A stretch of 64,000 nucleotides of DNA from sequence record NC_054935.2; one strand, 5' to 3'. Below, in pieces: positions 17,982-27,793 of this stretch. The translations under genes and the position numbers were made by a program. Source of the stretch: Escherichia phage YUEEL01. The notes under the pieces are model-generated. The model was not told the DNA's origin. It saw only the letters and a program-made list of their open reading frames with translations, and searched no databases. Numbering within the stretch: the stretch's first letter is position 1; every line of letters starts with the position of its first letter.

Positions 17982-19075
17982 TAAAAAGTCCCCGCATATA
18001 AAGAAGCACGGTTTAACGTGATAATTTCTCTCATAGTAATCTCGAGAGTAAATGTACTAGGGAGATTTGGAGCAATAGCTAATCCGTTAAAGTTACCATT
18101 AGGTGTTTTATCAAATCTGATACTCTGGATTTGACATGGACCGAATATTTCCGTTTTTCCATCAAACTTAGATGTTGCACCAAAGTTTTTCACCATCCAA
18201 ATTGTCGGGTTTGAAACTACAAGAACGTTAGTTAAACTCGATGTCATTTTCTCAAATAACGTCTTATTTTTAACTGCATCTTCTGGAGTTAACGGCTCAA
18301 TAAAAGTAGAACGGTACCACTCATCTAGATATCCTTTTATTTCAGCAGCATATTGAGATTTACCAGTTTCACCGTAAGAAAAATAGTTAAAATACTGATA
18401 GATATTAATAATAGCCATTAAATCTTCTGTTGAGCGCGGAGTCAAATCCCAAGTGAACACTTTAGTTCTATTTTCAGCACCGCCGTACATGCTTCTGGCT
18501 GTCGTATAAATCTGTTCATTATTATCAGCCATTATACCTTGTGTTATACTTTCCAGCGCTCCAAATACTGCTGTTGAAGCCATATTGCTTAGCACACCAG
18601 TAGCAGTACCTCCACCTTTTGTAATAAGACTATCTTGAACATCATTAAATCTATGTGATGACGTATCGACGTCAGATTTAGATCTAGGTAAAAGAATATT
18701 TGCAACAGGAACTTTACTTATTGTTCCTGAATTATTATTTGATATTAGTCCATTTGATAGTTTTGATACTGTATTACTGATAGTGTTTCTGGCTGTACGT
18801 AAAATACTCGAAGATGAAGAAGAGTAGTTAGATCTCATCGTTCTAAGACTTCCAGAATCCCTAGATGACATATTGTATGCAGTAAATAATAATCCATTCT
18901 TATATAGATCTGTTACCTGGAAGTCCCCTGTAGTGTCATTACCACTAGCACGCCCAGTTGGAAACTGGGCTGTGTATGTTTTAGTTCCTACTTCTGATTT
19001 AGTACTCTGTCCGGCTGAAATTGTTTCACCGGACTTTTTAATTAAATCAGCAGTTATTTCTTTAACAATTGCCAT
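17981..19075 (-). CDS. 48: baseplate tail-tube cap gp48
   Basis: 364 aa, length and synteny as T4 gp48. Confidence 0.9.
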   Translation of the reverse strand: MAIVKEITADLIKKSGETISAGQSTKSEVGTKTYTAQFPTGRASGNDTTGDFQVTDLYKNGLLFTAYNMSSRDSGSLRTMRSNYSSSSSSILRTARNTISNTVSKLSNGLISNNNSGTISKVPVANILLPRSKSDVDTSSHRFNDVQDSLITKGGGTATGVLSNMASTAVFGALESITQGIMADNNEQIYTTARSMYGGAENRTKVFTWDLTPRSTEDLMAIINIYQYFNYFSYGETGKSQYAAEIKGYLDEWYRSTFIEPLTPEDAVKNKTLFEKMTSSLTNVLVVSNPTIWMVKNFGATSKFDGKTEIFGPCQIQSIRFDKTPNGNFNGLAIAPNLPSTFTLEITMREIITLNRASLYAGTF

Positions 19076-19083
19076 ATTATTCC

Positions 19084-20856
19084 TTAATTAACTCCCGTCG
19101 CACCAAATACACCAGGAGCAGTCGTGCTCGTTACAGGTGTCATATTATGAACGACAGTATTTTTCTTAATAACATTATTAGTATTATTGATTGAAGGAGA
19201 TGCTTGTTGAACAGGAGCTTGTTGTGCTTTGTTCTTTTCAATCACCTGGACCTGTTTTGCTTCTGGTGATTTAGCAGAAGTTTCAGGTTTTGCTTCAGGT
19301 TGATTTTTCTTGAGCTCTTGATAAGTGGCATCAATTTTAGCAAATCTAGAAGCAAGTTCTTTTTTAACTGCTGGTGAATTATTTAAATCCGGATCATTCA
19401 TTCGTTTTTTAAGGTCTTCATGAGCAGCTTCAATTGATTTAACTGTCGAGTCTTTGCTCATATCAGCTGAATCAGCGTATTTTTCAAAACGAATCATCGC
19501 AGCACGAGCTTCATTAGCTTTCATTAAAGCATTTTTTCTTTCTTCCGGTGAAAGTTGTTTTAATTTTTCTTCTTCTGCTGCACGTTCTTCGTCAGTAGTC
19601 AATGCTTCTTTATTATCTACACCACGAATCCAGTTAGATGCACGAGTTTTCCAGTTCGCAATTTTGTCTAATCCTTTTGCTATTGGGCCAAGATCATCAT
19701 TCATTCGTTTATCTTGATAATTTGCTACTTTTTCTTGGTCTTCTTTATTAAGAGATGCTCCAGTAGAATTTTGGAAATTTTCTAATGCTCTTCCTTCTAC
19801 TTCATCAGCAGTATCCTTCATGCCAGGAATGACTCGAAGAATTGCTGCAGATAATTTAGCCATACCCAATTGAATAAGCTCTCCTAAATTATAAAGAACC
19901 TTTCCAAGCCCTTCTACAATAGCTACCGTCAAACCGCCCCAATCTCCCGCTTCCCAGAACTTTTTAATTTCATCAATAGATTCAAAGATGCTCTGTAATA
20001 AAGGACCCCAAGTTCCGGTTTCGCTTGAAAAAGTTTTAAAATCAGTGCTAAACAAATCCCAGGCTTTTGAAAATTTATCTGACCAATATTTAAAATGAAC
20101 CATCAGTAGGTCTATTCCAATAACAACAGCCATTATTAATGCAACCATTTTAGCAGCTTCAATAGCAGCACTGACAGTATACTTAAATAGCATGCTTGAT
20201 ATTTTATCAGTAATTGAAATGGATTTTTTAAATCCAAAATCAACAGTCTTTGTTAATTTATCTAAAGCTTGAGATAATTTTAAATTAAATGCTTCTTTTT
20301 TCTGTTTTTCTTCCGGTGACTCTCGCTTAGGTTCAACTGGTTGAGGGGCAGGGAAAAAATCAGCGTCAGGATCATTATTAACTGCTTCAGGAGCTGGTAA
20401 TAATGGACCAACAAATTCAGCTGTATCATCCTCAACAACTTTAACGGGAATAGCACTTTCGACTACAGCTAAGCTGGTTCCTGTCTGTTGAATTCCAGCT
20501 GTTTGAATTTTTTGTTCTAGTAAACTCGTTAATTTATCTAATTTACTTCCGAGTGATTCACCGATTTCTTTATTAATATTGTTGCCAATTTCTACAGTTT
20601 CAGCAATTAACTCAGAACCAGCAGTAGTATCACTCACTGCGCTTTCTACATTGTCAATTGCTCCAATTATTTCATTCGATTTTTCTTCAACGGTTTGAGC
20701 TATTAATTCAGAAGCAGCTTGAGCATCATCCAATTTTGTAGAAATGTCATTAAGCCCAGATAAAGTGTTAGAAGCGGATTTAGCCGCTTCCTGAACTGGT
20801 TTATTATCTGAAATAACTTTTCTACGCATCGTTTGCATTTCTTGTGGCTTTTTCAT
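19084..20856 (-). CDS. 29: tail length determinant / tape measure and baseplate hub protein gp29
   Basis: 590 aa, coiled-coil rich, synteny as T4 gp29. Confidence 0.9.
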   Translation of the reverse strand: MKKPQEMQTMRRKVISDNKPVQEAAKSASNTLSGLNDISTKLDDAQAASELIAQTVEEKSNEIIGAIDNVESAVSDTTAGSELIAETVEIGNNINKEIGESLGSKLDKLTSLLEQKIQTAGIQQTGTSLAVVESAIPVKVVEDDTAEFVGPLLPAPEAVNNDPDADFFPAPQPVEPKRESPEEKQKKEAFNLKLSQALDKLTKTVDFGFKKSISITDKISSMLFKYTVSAAIEAAKMVALIMAVVIGIDLLMVHFKYWSDKFSKAWDLFSTDFKTFSSETGTWGPLLQSIFESIDEIKKFWEAGDWGGLTVAIVEGLGKVLYNLGELIQLGMAKLSAAILRVIPGMKDTADEVEGRALENFQNSTGASLNKEDQEKVANYQDKRMNDDLGPIAKGLDKIANWKTRASNWIRGVDNKEALTTDEERAAEEEKLKQLSPEERKNALMKANEARAAMIRFEKYADSADMSKDSTVKSIEAAHEDLKKRMNDPDLNNSPAVKKELASRFAKIDATYQELKKNQPEAKPETSAKSPEAKQVQVIEKNKAQQAPVQQASPSINNTNNVIKKNTVVHNMTPVTSTTAPGVFGATGVN

Positions 20857-21386
20857 TCAAATAATCCAATAATATTGCCAATTCCAGTTATTGGACCATT
20901 AGGGCCAGGAATTGCTAAAGTTGTAAAAATATCATTTGCCCATTTTAAAACGAATGCTGGCATCTCAAGAAAATTAATTTCTTTAACTTCATCGTTGACC
21001 TTAAGCAAGCATTTAGATAACATATCGCTCACCGTTAAAAATTGTTCAAATTTTCCAGGAGGTCTAAAATAAAATGTATTTCCTTGGTATTGAAATTCTA
21101 ATCTTTGGCATACATAAACATCATTAATGTCATAAGTATAGCCATCTATTTCTTTACGAGATTTAATCTTTCCATTAAATTCCAATAAATGAATAGAAAC
21201 GAAATCAACTTCTGCCGGTGACAAATTCGGACAAATAGAATCAATAAGAAGTTTTAAATTTTCATCAGGGCCTTTAACATCTTTTAAAATGTTATAATGT
21301 TTAAGACCCATTTTAGGAATAGAAACTTCTTTATTGCTTATTGGAAGAACTACTTTCTTCAGTGGTAGTATCAGATTTAAATTCAT
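20853..21386 (-). CDS. 28: baseplate hub distal subunit gp28
   Basis: 177 aa, ATG start, synteny between 27 and 29. Confidence 0.85.
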   Translation of the reverse strand: MNLNLILPLKKVVLPISNKEVSIPKMGLKHYNILKDVKGPDENLKLLIDSICPNLSPAEVDFVSIHLLEFNGKIKSRKEIDGYTYDINDVYVCQRLEFQYQGNTFYFRPPGKFEQFLTVSDMLSKCLLKVNDEVKEINFLEMPAFVLKWANDIFTTLAIPGPNGPITGIGNIIGLFE

Positions 21387-22506
21387 TTTTAACCTTAACT
21401 GGGTCTATTGTTTCCAGTTTCGTTGCATTAGTGAACATATATAGATGAGTTACTGAATTATTATTTGATAATTCATGGATAACTTCATCAACGTAAAATT
21501 CTGTTTTAAATTGGTTTTTACTATCATTAAAAATAATTTTAACACCAGGAGTCAAGTTAAAATTACCGACAGTAGAACATTTAGCATAGCCATCATATTG
21601 CGCCATAGTTTGAAGACGAATAGCTTCTTCATAGCCATTCCTATAAGTCATTTCAGAATAAGCACCTGACCTTGACACTACAATAGAGTTTTCACCCTTT
21701 CCTGTAGTAATCATTGGCAGTGAAGAATCTAAAAACGAATGAGCATAGATAGTAGCATTTTTCATTGGATCACGTTTATGCGGGTTTGATTTAGTCAACC
21801 AAACAAAATCATATGCCAATGGATATTTTAATTCTTGGATGAATTGACCTATTAAAGATGGCTCACCTACAATCATTGGATATGGTTCTTGATTTATCAT
21901 CATATCATAGTCCATCATGTTAACTCCCATGATGTCTTGCCACACAAATACAAATTTGTCACTTCCTACAGCTAGAGCAACTTCTCTTACATAGGACAAA
22001 TAATTTTCAAATGTACTAGTCCATGGAATATCAGGAACATAAGCATTTATAGCATTTATTGCTGGAGTTAATAATGTGCGGTCTTGATAAATGACACCAA
22101 GCATTTCTTTTATAGATTCACCTGCATCAGGGAAAAATGGTCTACCAAATTTAAGATTTTCTATAGAATGAATAGTTCCCAATTCAATAGCAATGATGTT
22201 ATCGCCTTTTGAATCTACTGACACGGAAAAATGCTTGCATCCATAAATTCGTGTTTTAACATTATTAATATCGTTTGCATTAGCTACAGAAATTTGAAAT
22301 ATTTCATTTCCATCCATTTTTGTGTGGATATTTTTAGAATCATAAAACTGCAGCATTCCTTCATTTCGACCATAAAGAGAGTCACGCATAGTTAATGTGG
22401 TAATAGTAGCAGCTAATTCAACAAATCTATTATTACTCCAAGCGTCATAACTCTCAAATAATTTAACGCTGAGATTTGGATATCCAGGACGTTGTAACAT
22501 ACTCAT
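21331..22506 (-). CDS. 27: baseplate hub subunit gp27
   Basis: 391 aa [28 protein letters not shown]... matches T4 gp27. Confidence 0.9.
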   Translation of the reverse strand: MSMLQRPGYPNLSVKLFESYDAWSNNRFVELAATITTLTMRDSLYGRNEGMLQFYDSKNIHTKMDGNEIFQISVANANDINNVKTRIYGCKHFSVSVDSKGDNIIAIELGTIHSIENLKFGRPFFPDAGESIKEMLGVIYQDRTLLTPAINAINAYVPDIPWTSTFENYLSYVREVALAVGSDKFVFVWQDIMGVNMMDYDMMINQEPYPMIVGEPSLIGQFIQELKYPLAYDFVWLTKSNPHKRDPMKNATIYAHSFLDSSLPMITTGKGENSIVVSRSGAYSEMTYRNGYEEAIRLQTMAQYDGYAKCSTVGNFNLTPGVKIIFNDSKNQFKTEFYVDEVIHELSNNNSVTHLYMFTNATKLETIDPVKVKNEFKSDTTTEESSSSNKQ

Positions 22507-23255
22507 TGATGTTTATCCTTCTCAATCAGTTTTAATACGAATCCGCGCTCGGCAGGAATCATTTTCATTATTGAATTTAAGCTATAATTACTTTTTACAA
22601 GCGTGTGATTAATTTGATAAAAAGTAAATATCTCATCTGGATTAACTAATAGCTTAAACACATCTACTATATCAGTGTATTTTTTAATGTACTTATCACA
22701 ACACGACATGTGCAATGTTAAATTAATAGGATTCATTGCATCGAGAATTTTTTCTAATGTTTCTATCTCGATGGCGTCAACAAGTTCTATTTGACTCGAT
22801 TCACTAATTTCCTTCCAATCATACCACATTTCATCTACTTGAACAGAATGAATATTTTCAGTAATCATCTTTGCTTTATTTTCATAAAACTCAGAAGGAA
22901 AATTTAATTTAATTTTAACATTAGCTACATCAAAAATAGGTTCCTTTAATTCTTTTTGATATATTTCAAATGGAACTGTCTTTTCTTTTTTACATTTTGG
23001 ACATACAAATGTGACTGGTACTTTAGTTTTACCTATTGAACCTACAAATACCTGCAAAAATATAAATGGTTGCCAAGTCTTCGGATAGTCTCCAAAATAA
23101 TCATCAATTAAATCAGTAATTATTTCTTTTTGTTCTTGTGGTGACCGATGTTCTATATCGTTTCGAACTAACAAAAAATCTCGATAATCTTCTACCGTAA
23201 ATGGTTTAAAACGATGAACACCATCTGGTAATTTACAACGAATAATGTTTGCCAT
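22503..23255 (-). CDS. 51: baseplate hub assembly catalyst gp51
   Basis: 250 aa, Cys-x2-Cys pair, synteny; late promoter upstream. Confidence 0.88.
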   Translation of the reverse strand: MANIIRCKLPDGVHRFKPFTVEDYRDFLLVRNDIEHRSPQEQKEIITDLIDDYFGDYPKTWQPFIFLQVFVGSIGKTKVPVTFVCPKCKKEKTVPFEIYQKELKEPIFDVANVKIKLNFPSEFYENKAKMITENIHSVQVDEMWYDWKEISESSQIELVDAIEIETLEKILDAMNPINLTLHMSCCDKYIKKYTDIVDVFKLLVNPDEIFTFYQINHTLVKSNYSLNSIMKMIPAERGFVLKLIEKDKHQ

Positions 23256-23272
23256 AGATGCTCCTTTTATTC

Positions 23273-23280
23273 TATTTATA
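23273..23280 (-). promoter_or_regulatory. late promoter TATAAATA for gene 51
   Basis: Reverse-complement TATAAATA 18 nt upstream of gp51 ATG; overlaps the gene 26 promoter. Confidence 0.6.
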
Positions 23281-23284
23281 AATA
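23277..23284 (+). promoter_or_regulatory. late promoter TATAAATA for gene 26
   Basis: Exact TATAAATA about 22 nt upstream of gp26 ATG; part of palindrome TATTTATAAATA. Confidence 0.6.
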
Positions 23285-23305
23285 TGATAAATAAAGGAGC
23301 TAAAT

Positions 23306-23932
23306 ATGTATGAATACAAATTTGATGTGAGAGTTGGTTCTAAAATAATCAACTGTCGCGCATTTACTCTTAAAGAATATCTAGAACTTATTACTGCCAA
23401 AAATAATGGTTCTGTAGAAGTAATTGTTAAAAAGCTAATCAAAGACTGCACAAATGCAAAAGATTTAAATCGCCAAGAATCAGAACTATTGTTGATTCAT
23501 TTATGGGCGCATTCTCTTGGAGAAGTTAATCACGAAAACTCCTGGAAGTGCACCTGCGGAACTGAAATACCAACCCATATAAATCTATTACATACACAAA
23601 TAGATGCACCAGAAGACCTTTGGTATACACTTGGTGACATTAAAATTAAATTCCATTACCCTAAAATTTTTGATGATAAAAATATAGCCCACATGATAGT
23701 ATCATGTATAGAAACGATTCATGCTAACGGTGAAAGCATTCCAGTTGAAGACTTAAATGAAAAAGAACTGGAAGATTTATATTCTATCATCACAGAGTCA
23801 GATATTGTAGCTATAAAAGATATGCTTTTAAAGCCTACTGTTTATTTGGCTGTTCCAATTAAATGTCCAGAGTGTGGAAAAACTCACGCTCATGTAATAA
23901 GAGGACTCAAAGAATTCTTTGAGCTATTGTAA
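23306..23932 (+). CDS. 26: baseplate hub subunit gp26
   Basis: 208 aa, divergent from gene 51 as in T4; late promoter upstream. Confidence 0.88.
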   Translation: MYEYKFDVRVGSKIINCRAFTLKEYLELITAKNNGSVEVIVKKLIKDCTNAKDLNRQESELLLIHLWAHSLGEVNHENSWKCTCGTEIPTHINLLHTQIDAPEDLWYTLGDIKIKFHYPKIFDDKNIAHMIVSCIETIHANGESIPVEDLNEKELEDLYSIITESDIVAIKDMLLKPTVYLAVPIKCPECGKTHAHVIRGLKEFFELL

Positions 23933-24330
23933 TGGCAAATATTAATAAGCTTTATTCTGATATTGACCCAGAGATGAAAATGGATTGGAACAAAGACGTT
24001 TCAAGATCACTTGGATTAAGGTCAATTAAAAATAGTCTTTTAGGAATTATTACAACAAGAAAAGGTTCAAGACCGTTTGACCCTGAATTTGGATGCGATT
24101 TATCTGACCAACTTTTTGAGAATATGACTCCTCTTACTGCTGACACGGTTGAGCGTAATATCGAAAGCGCAGTAAGAAACTATGAGCCACGTATTGATAA
24201 ATTAGCAGTTAATGTAATACCGGTTTATGATGATTATACTTTGATAGTAGAAATACGCTTTTCAGTCATCGATAACCCTGATGATATTGAGCAGATAAAA
24301 CTACAACTGGCTTCCAGTAATAGAGTATAA
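23932..24330 (+). CDS. 25: baseplate wedge / sheath-initiator gp25
   Basis: 132 aa [29 protein letters not shown]... matches T4 gp25. Confidence 0.9.
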   Translation: MANINKLYSDIDPEMKMDWNKDVSRSLGLRSIKNSLLGIITTRKGSRPFDPEFGCDLSDQLFENMTPLTADTVERNIESAVRNYEPRIDKLAVNVIPVYDDYTLIVEIRFSVIDNPDDIEQIKLQLASSNRV

Positions 24331-24356
24331 TGCTTCACGTATAAACGTGGTATAAT
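24329..24356 (+). promoter_or_regulatory. MotA-dependent middle promoter for uvsY
   Basis: MotA box AATGCTTCA 24329-24337, TATAAT 24351-24356. Confidence 0.65.
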
Positions 24357-24396
24357 GAATCTAAGTCCATCCAATAACAATTGAATAGAGAACAAT

Positions 24397-24810
24397 ATGA
24401 GATTAGAAGATCTTCAAGAAGAATTGAAGAAAGATGTATTTATAGATTCGACTAAATTACAGTATGAAGCAGCTAATAATGTGATGTTATATAGTAAATG
24501 GCTTAATAAGCATTCAAGTATTAAAAAGGAAATGCTTAGAATTGATGCACAGAAAAAAGTTGCTCTTAAAGCTAAATTAGACTACTACTCGGGACGAGGA
24601 GATGGTGATGAATTTAGTATGGATCGTTACGAGAAATCAGAAATGAAGACAGTTCTATCAGCTGATAAGGATGTTTTAAAGGTTGATACCTCGTTACAGT
24701 ATTGGGGGATTTTATTAGATTTCTGTAGCGGAGCTCTTGATGCTATTAAATCACGTGGATTTGCTATTAAGCATATTCAAGACATGCGAGCATTTGAGGC
24801 TGGAAAATAA
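24397..24810 (+). CDS. uvsY: UvsY recombination mediator
   Basis: 137 aa MRLEDLQEELKKDVFIDSTKLQYEAANNVMLYSKWLNK... matches T4 UvsY; classic MotA-box middle promoter upstream. Confidence 0.9.
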   Translation: MRLEDLQEELKKDVFIDSTKLQYEAANNVMLYSKWLNKHSSIKKEMLRIDAQKKVALKAKLDYYSGRGDGDEFSMDRYEKSEMKTVLSADKDVLKVDTSLQYWGILLDFCSGALDAIKSRGFAIKHIQDMRAFEAGK

Positions 24811-25034
24811 TGAGATATAGCATTGATGATGCTTTTAATTATGAAGAAGAATTTGAAACGGAAATTCAATTCTTAATGAAAAAGCATAATCTTAAGCGTC
24901 AGGATATTCGTATCCTGGCCGACCACCCGTGCGGTGAAGATGTTCTTTATATTAAAGGAAAATTTGCCGGATATCTTGATGAATATTTTTATTCTAAAGA
25001 TATGGGCATTGATATGCATATGAGAGTTGTATAA
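24810..25034 (+). CDS. hypothetical protein (74 aa; T4 uvsY.-1 position)
   Basis: ORF overlapping uvsY stop (ATGA-type coupling). Confidence 0.6.
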   Translation: MRYSIDDAFNYEEEFETEIQFLMKKHNLKRQDIRILADHPCGEDVLYIKGKFAGYLDEYFYSKDMGIDMHMRVV

Positions 25035-25037
25035 ATA
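25030..25037 (+). promoter_or_regulatory. late promoter TATAAATA upstream of small ORF 25063
   Basis: Exact TATAAATA overlapping stop of ORF 24810..25034. Confidence 0.5.
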
Positions 25038-25062
25038 GATATATAATTCAGAGGAGACAATC

Positions 25063-25230
25063 ATGTCAGATAAGATTTGTGTTGTCTGTAAAACTCCAAT
25101 CGATTCTGCATTGGTTGTTGAAACAGACAAAGGTCCTGTACATCCTGGGCCTTGCTATAATTACATTAAAGAACTACCAGTTTCAGAAAGTTCGGAAGAA
25201 CAATTAAATGAAACGCAACTTTTGCTATAG
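25063..25230 (+). CDS. hypothetical small Cys-containing protein (55 aa; T4 uvsY.-2 position)
   Basis: Not in ORF track (<60 aa); ATG 25063 preceded by GAGGAG SD and a TATAAATA late promoter; product MSDKICVVCKTPIDS...PGPCYNY. Confidence 0.45.
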   Translation: MSDKICVVCKTPIDSALVVETDKGPVHPGPCYNYIKELPVSESSEEQLNETQLLL

Positions 25231-25253
25231 TGTGACCTTTAGTCTATAGTTTT

Positions 25254-25282
25254 GGCCCTTCCTTTTTGGTTGGGCCTTTTTT
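25254..25282. terminator. candidate bidirectional terminator between convergent ORF 25063 (+) and uvsW.1 (-)
   Basis: GGCCC ... GGGCC stem with 13-nt loop followed by TTTTTT; weak stem. Confidence 0.35.
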
Positions 25283-25285
25283 AAT

Positions 25286-25516
25286 TTAAAAGCTTTCTTC
25301 TACTTCATCGTCTGAATCTTCTAATTCAGCTCTTTTTCCTGCCAAAGCATCTCTGACTGAGATGTCATCAGTATCTTTTAATTCAGTTTCTTTAACTCTT
25401 TTCTTATAATAAGCTTCAAGTTCTTCTAAACCTTCTAATGTTTGACAAGAGGCAATTTTACCCATAAATTCATCAATAGAAGCTTCATAAAGAAATTGTT
25501 TAAATTCTAGTAACAT
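25286..25516 (-). CDS. UvsW.1 small helicase-associated protein
   Basis: Track start is TTG at 25528; ATG at 25516 with GGAG SD gives 76 aa, the length I recall for T4 UvsW.1; directly downstream of uvsW. Confidence 0.75.
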   Translation of the reverse strand: MLLEFKQFLYEASIDEFMGKIASCQTLEGLEELEAYYKKRVKETELKDTDDISVRDALAGKRAELEDSDDEVEESF

Positions 25517-25527
25517 CTTTTTCTCCA

Positions 25528-25543
25528 AAGGGCCGAAGCCCTT
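25528..25543 (-). promoter_or_regulatory. hairpin at uvsW stop / uvsW.1 leader
   Basis: GGGC-TTCG-GCCC (minus strand) overlapping uvsW stop, 12 nt before uvsW.1 ATG. Confidence 0.4.
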
Positions 25544-27053
25544 ATAAATTAACTGTTTTCATTACGTAATTAAATTTTTCATCTGCGTAGCGCTGAATAC
25601 GATCAATGCCGTGTTTTAAAAGATAGTTCAAGTGAACATATTTCTTTTTAGTATTAGCAGATTTTGGCTTGACACCACAGTCATCTATGAGGTCCCAGAC
25701 TGTTGCGATTGTTTTAGAACCATGTTTACGTAATACGCGACCTATTGTTTGCAATACAATAATTTTAGATTTAACACCGTGTGCTAAAACAACGTGATGC
25801 AGATTTTTAACTGAAATACCAGTAGAAAATACACCATAACTAGCTACTATAATTATTCCTTTACCGTTTTCAGCTAAGGTTTTCATTATATTGCGGGTTT
25901 CGGTATCAACTTCCCCTGATACGTAATAAACTTTATCGTATTCATTTTTAATTAAATCGAAAATAGCTTTACCGTGCGATACGTGTTTAAACATGACAAA
26001 AGCGTTTTCATCTTTTTGTGCAAGCTTAATAGCTAATTTAGCGATCCATTTATTTCTTTTACTAAGCCCAGTAATAATTTTTATTTCTTCTTGGTAAGTT
26101 TTTCCCTTTAATTTAGTAGTGAACTCATCGGGATAGCGAAGAAAAATACTATTAATTTTTAACTCAGTTACTTGTCCATCTTCCATTAATTTAGAGGTCG
26201 TTACTGGCTTAAATATTTCACCGAACATTCCAACATACTGCATGATATTGGCTTTGCCATCACGTAATGAACCAGACAAACCGAATTTGAACATGCAGTT
26301 ATTTAAACCTGATATGATAGATGAAATACTTTTTCCTGTAGCAAGATGACATTCATCATTCATCATCATTCCAAACTGTGAGAACCATTCTTTCGGTTGT
26401 TTTACTACAGTTTGCCATGTACCAACAACGACCGGTGCATCATTTTTATATTTATCATCTTTTGATGCTCCACCACCGATTTTCTTTATCATTGCATGAC
26501 TGAATAAACGATAGTCAACAAAGTCATCAGCCATCTGAGTTGTCAGAGCAGTTGTTGGAACAATAATAAGAATTTTGCCTTCATAATTTTCCAAATAATA
26601 CCGAGCAAGCAAAGCTTGAATTAAAGATTTACCTGCGGATGTTGGAAGATTAAGAATTCTACGACGATTAACTAATCCTTCGAACACTGCATCTTTTTGA
26701 TACCAATGCGGTTCAATTCTTTTATTTCCTGAATAGATTTCTAATTTAGAAAGCCATTCATCAAAATCTTTTCTTGATAATTCTTCTTTTTCGTTAATCT
26801 GTGGGTCAATCCAGGCTTTATAGCCAAAGTTATCGCAGAACTTTTTAATTTGCCCGACTAAACCGAATGGAAGAAGGCGATTATAATCTAAAAGACGAAT
26901 TCGTCCATCCCAGTGGCCATATTTGTACTTCGGATTAAAACGATACCCATCAGCTTCAAAGCTAAAGAAATCACGGAGTTCATGAAATGTACTTTCTTCG
27001 CAATCAATTCTCACGTGACTAAAATCATAAAAATGTACTTTAATGTCAGTCAT
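25542..27053 (-). CDS. uvsW: UvsW DNA/RNA helicase (SF2)
   Basis: 503 aa; Walker A LPTSAGKS and DECH box (MMNDECH); N-terminus MTDIKVHFYDFSHVRIDCEE matches T4 UvsW. Confidence 0.93.
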   Translation of the reverse strand: MTDIKVHFYDFSHVRIDCEESTFHELRDFFSFEADGYRFNPKYKYGHWDGRIRLLDYNRLLPFGLVGQIKKFCDNFGYKAWIDPQINEKEELSRKDFDEWLSKLEIYSGNKRIEPHWYQKDAVFEGLVNRRRILNLPTSAGKSLIQALLARYYLENYEGKILIIVPTTALTTQMADDFVDYRLFSHAMIKKIGGGASKDDKYKNDAPVVVGTWQTVVKQPKEWFSQFGMMMNDECHLATGKSISSIISGLNNCMFKFGLSGSLRDGKANIMQYVGMFGEIFKPVTTSKLMEDGQVTELKINSIFLRYPDEFTTKLKGKTYQEEIKIITGLSKRNKWIAKLAIKLAQKDENAFVMFKHVSHGKAIFDLIKNEYDKVYYVSGEVDTETRNIMKTLAENGKGIIIVASYGVFSTGISVKNLHHVVLAHGVKSKIIVLQTIGRVLRKHGSKTIATVWDLIDDCGVKPKSANTKKKYVHLNYLLKHGIDRIQRYADEKFNYVMKTVNL

Positions 27054-27082
27054 GTCTAAATACCATGTAATAAATATATCTA

Positions 27083-27090
27083 TATTTATA
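27083..27090 (-). promoter_or_regulatory. late promoter TATAAATA for uvsW
   Basis: Reverse-complement TATAAATA 30 nt upstream of uvsW ATG. Confidence 0.6.
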
Positions 27091-27103
27091 CTGAGGAAAT
27101 ATT

Positions 27104-27784
27104 ATGATAGATAAAGATTATATTGCAGAGCTGAAGGCTCTTGATGATAATAAAGAAGCTAAAGCTAAATTAGCTGAATATGCTGAACAGTTTGGTATAA
27201 AGGTCAAAAAGAATAAATCTTTTGATAATATCGTTAATGATATTGAAGAAGCTCTCCAGAAGCTCGCTAGTGAACCTATGCCAGAGACTGATGGGTTATC
27301 TATTAAAGACTTAATTGATGCTGCTGATGCCGCAGACGGATTAAAATATGACGATGAAGAAGTCAATCCAGAGGCAGCACTTCTGATTGATTCTCCGGTT
27401 AAATCTGACATTAAAATTGAAGTAGTAGAAACGGATAAAATTCCTGAAAATACCACTGTTTTAATTGAAGATACTCCTTTTGTTGAAGAAAAATTCGAAC
27501 AGGCTGTAGCTGAGATTATTGAATCCGAAAAGCCGTCTGTATTTACTCTTCCGGAAAACTTTAGTCCGAATCTTCAGCTGATTGGAAAAAATCCAGGATT
27601 CTGCACTGTTCCTTGGTGGATTTATCAATGGATTGCTGAAACCCCAGATTGGAAATCTCACCCAACTAGTTTTGAACATGCGTCGGCACACCAAACTTTA
27701 TTTAGCTTAATTTACTACATTAATCGTGACGGATCAGTTCTAATTCGTGAAACACGTAATTCTTCTTTCGTAACATTAAAATAA
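27104..27784 (+). CDS. inh: Inh, inhibitor of prohead protease (by position)
   Basis: 226 aa acidic protein directly upstream of hoc as in T4; assignment by synteny and length only. Confidence 0.6.
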   Translation: MIDKDYIAELKALDDNKEAKAKLAEYAEQFGIKVKKNKSFDNIVNDIEEALQKLASEPMPETDGLSIKDLIDAADAADGLKYDDEEVNPEAALLIDSPVKSDIKIEVVETDKIPENTTVLIEDTPFVEEKFEQAVAEIIESEKPSVFTLPENFSPNLQLIGKNPGFCTVPWWIYQWIAETPDWKSHPTSFEHASAHQTLFSLIYYINRDGSVLIRETRNSSFVTLK

Positions 27785-27793
27785 GGATAACTT

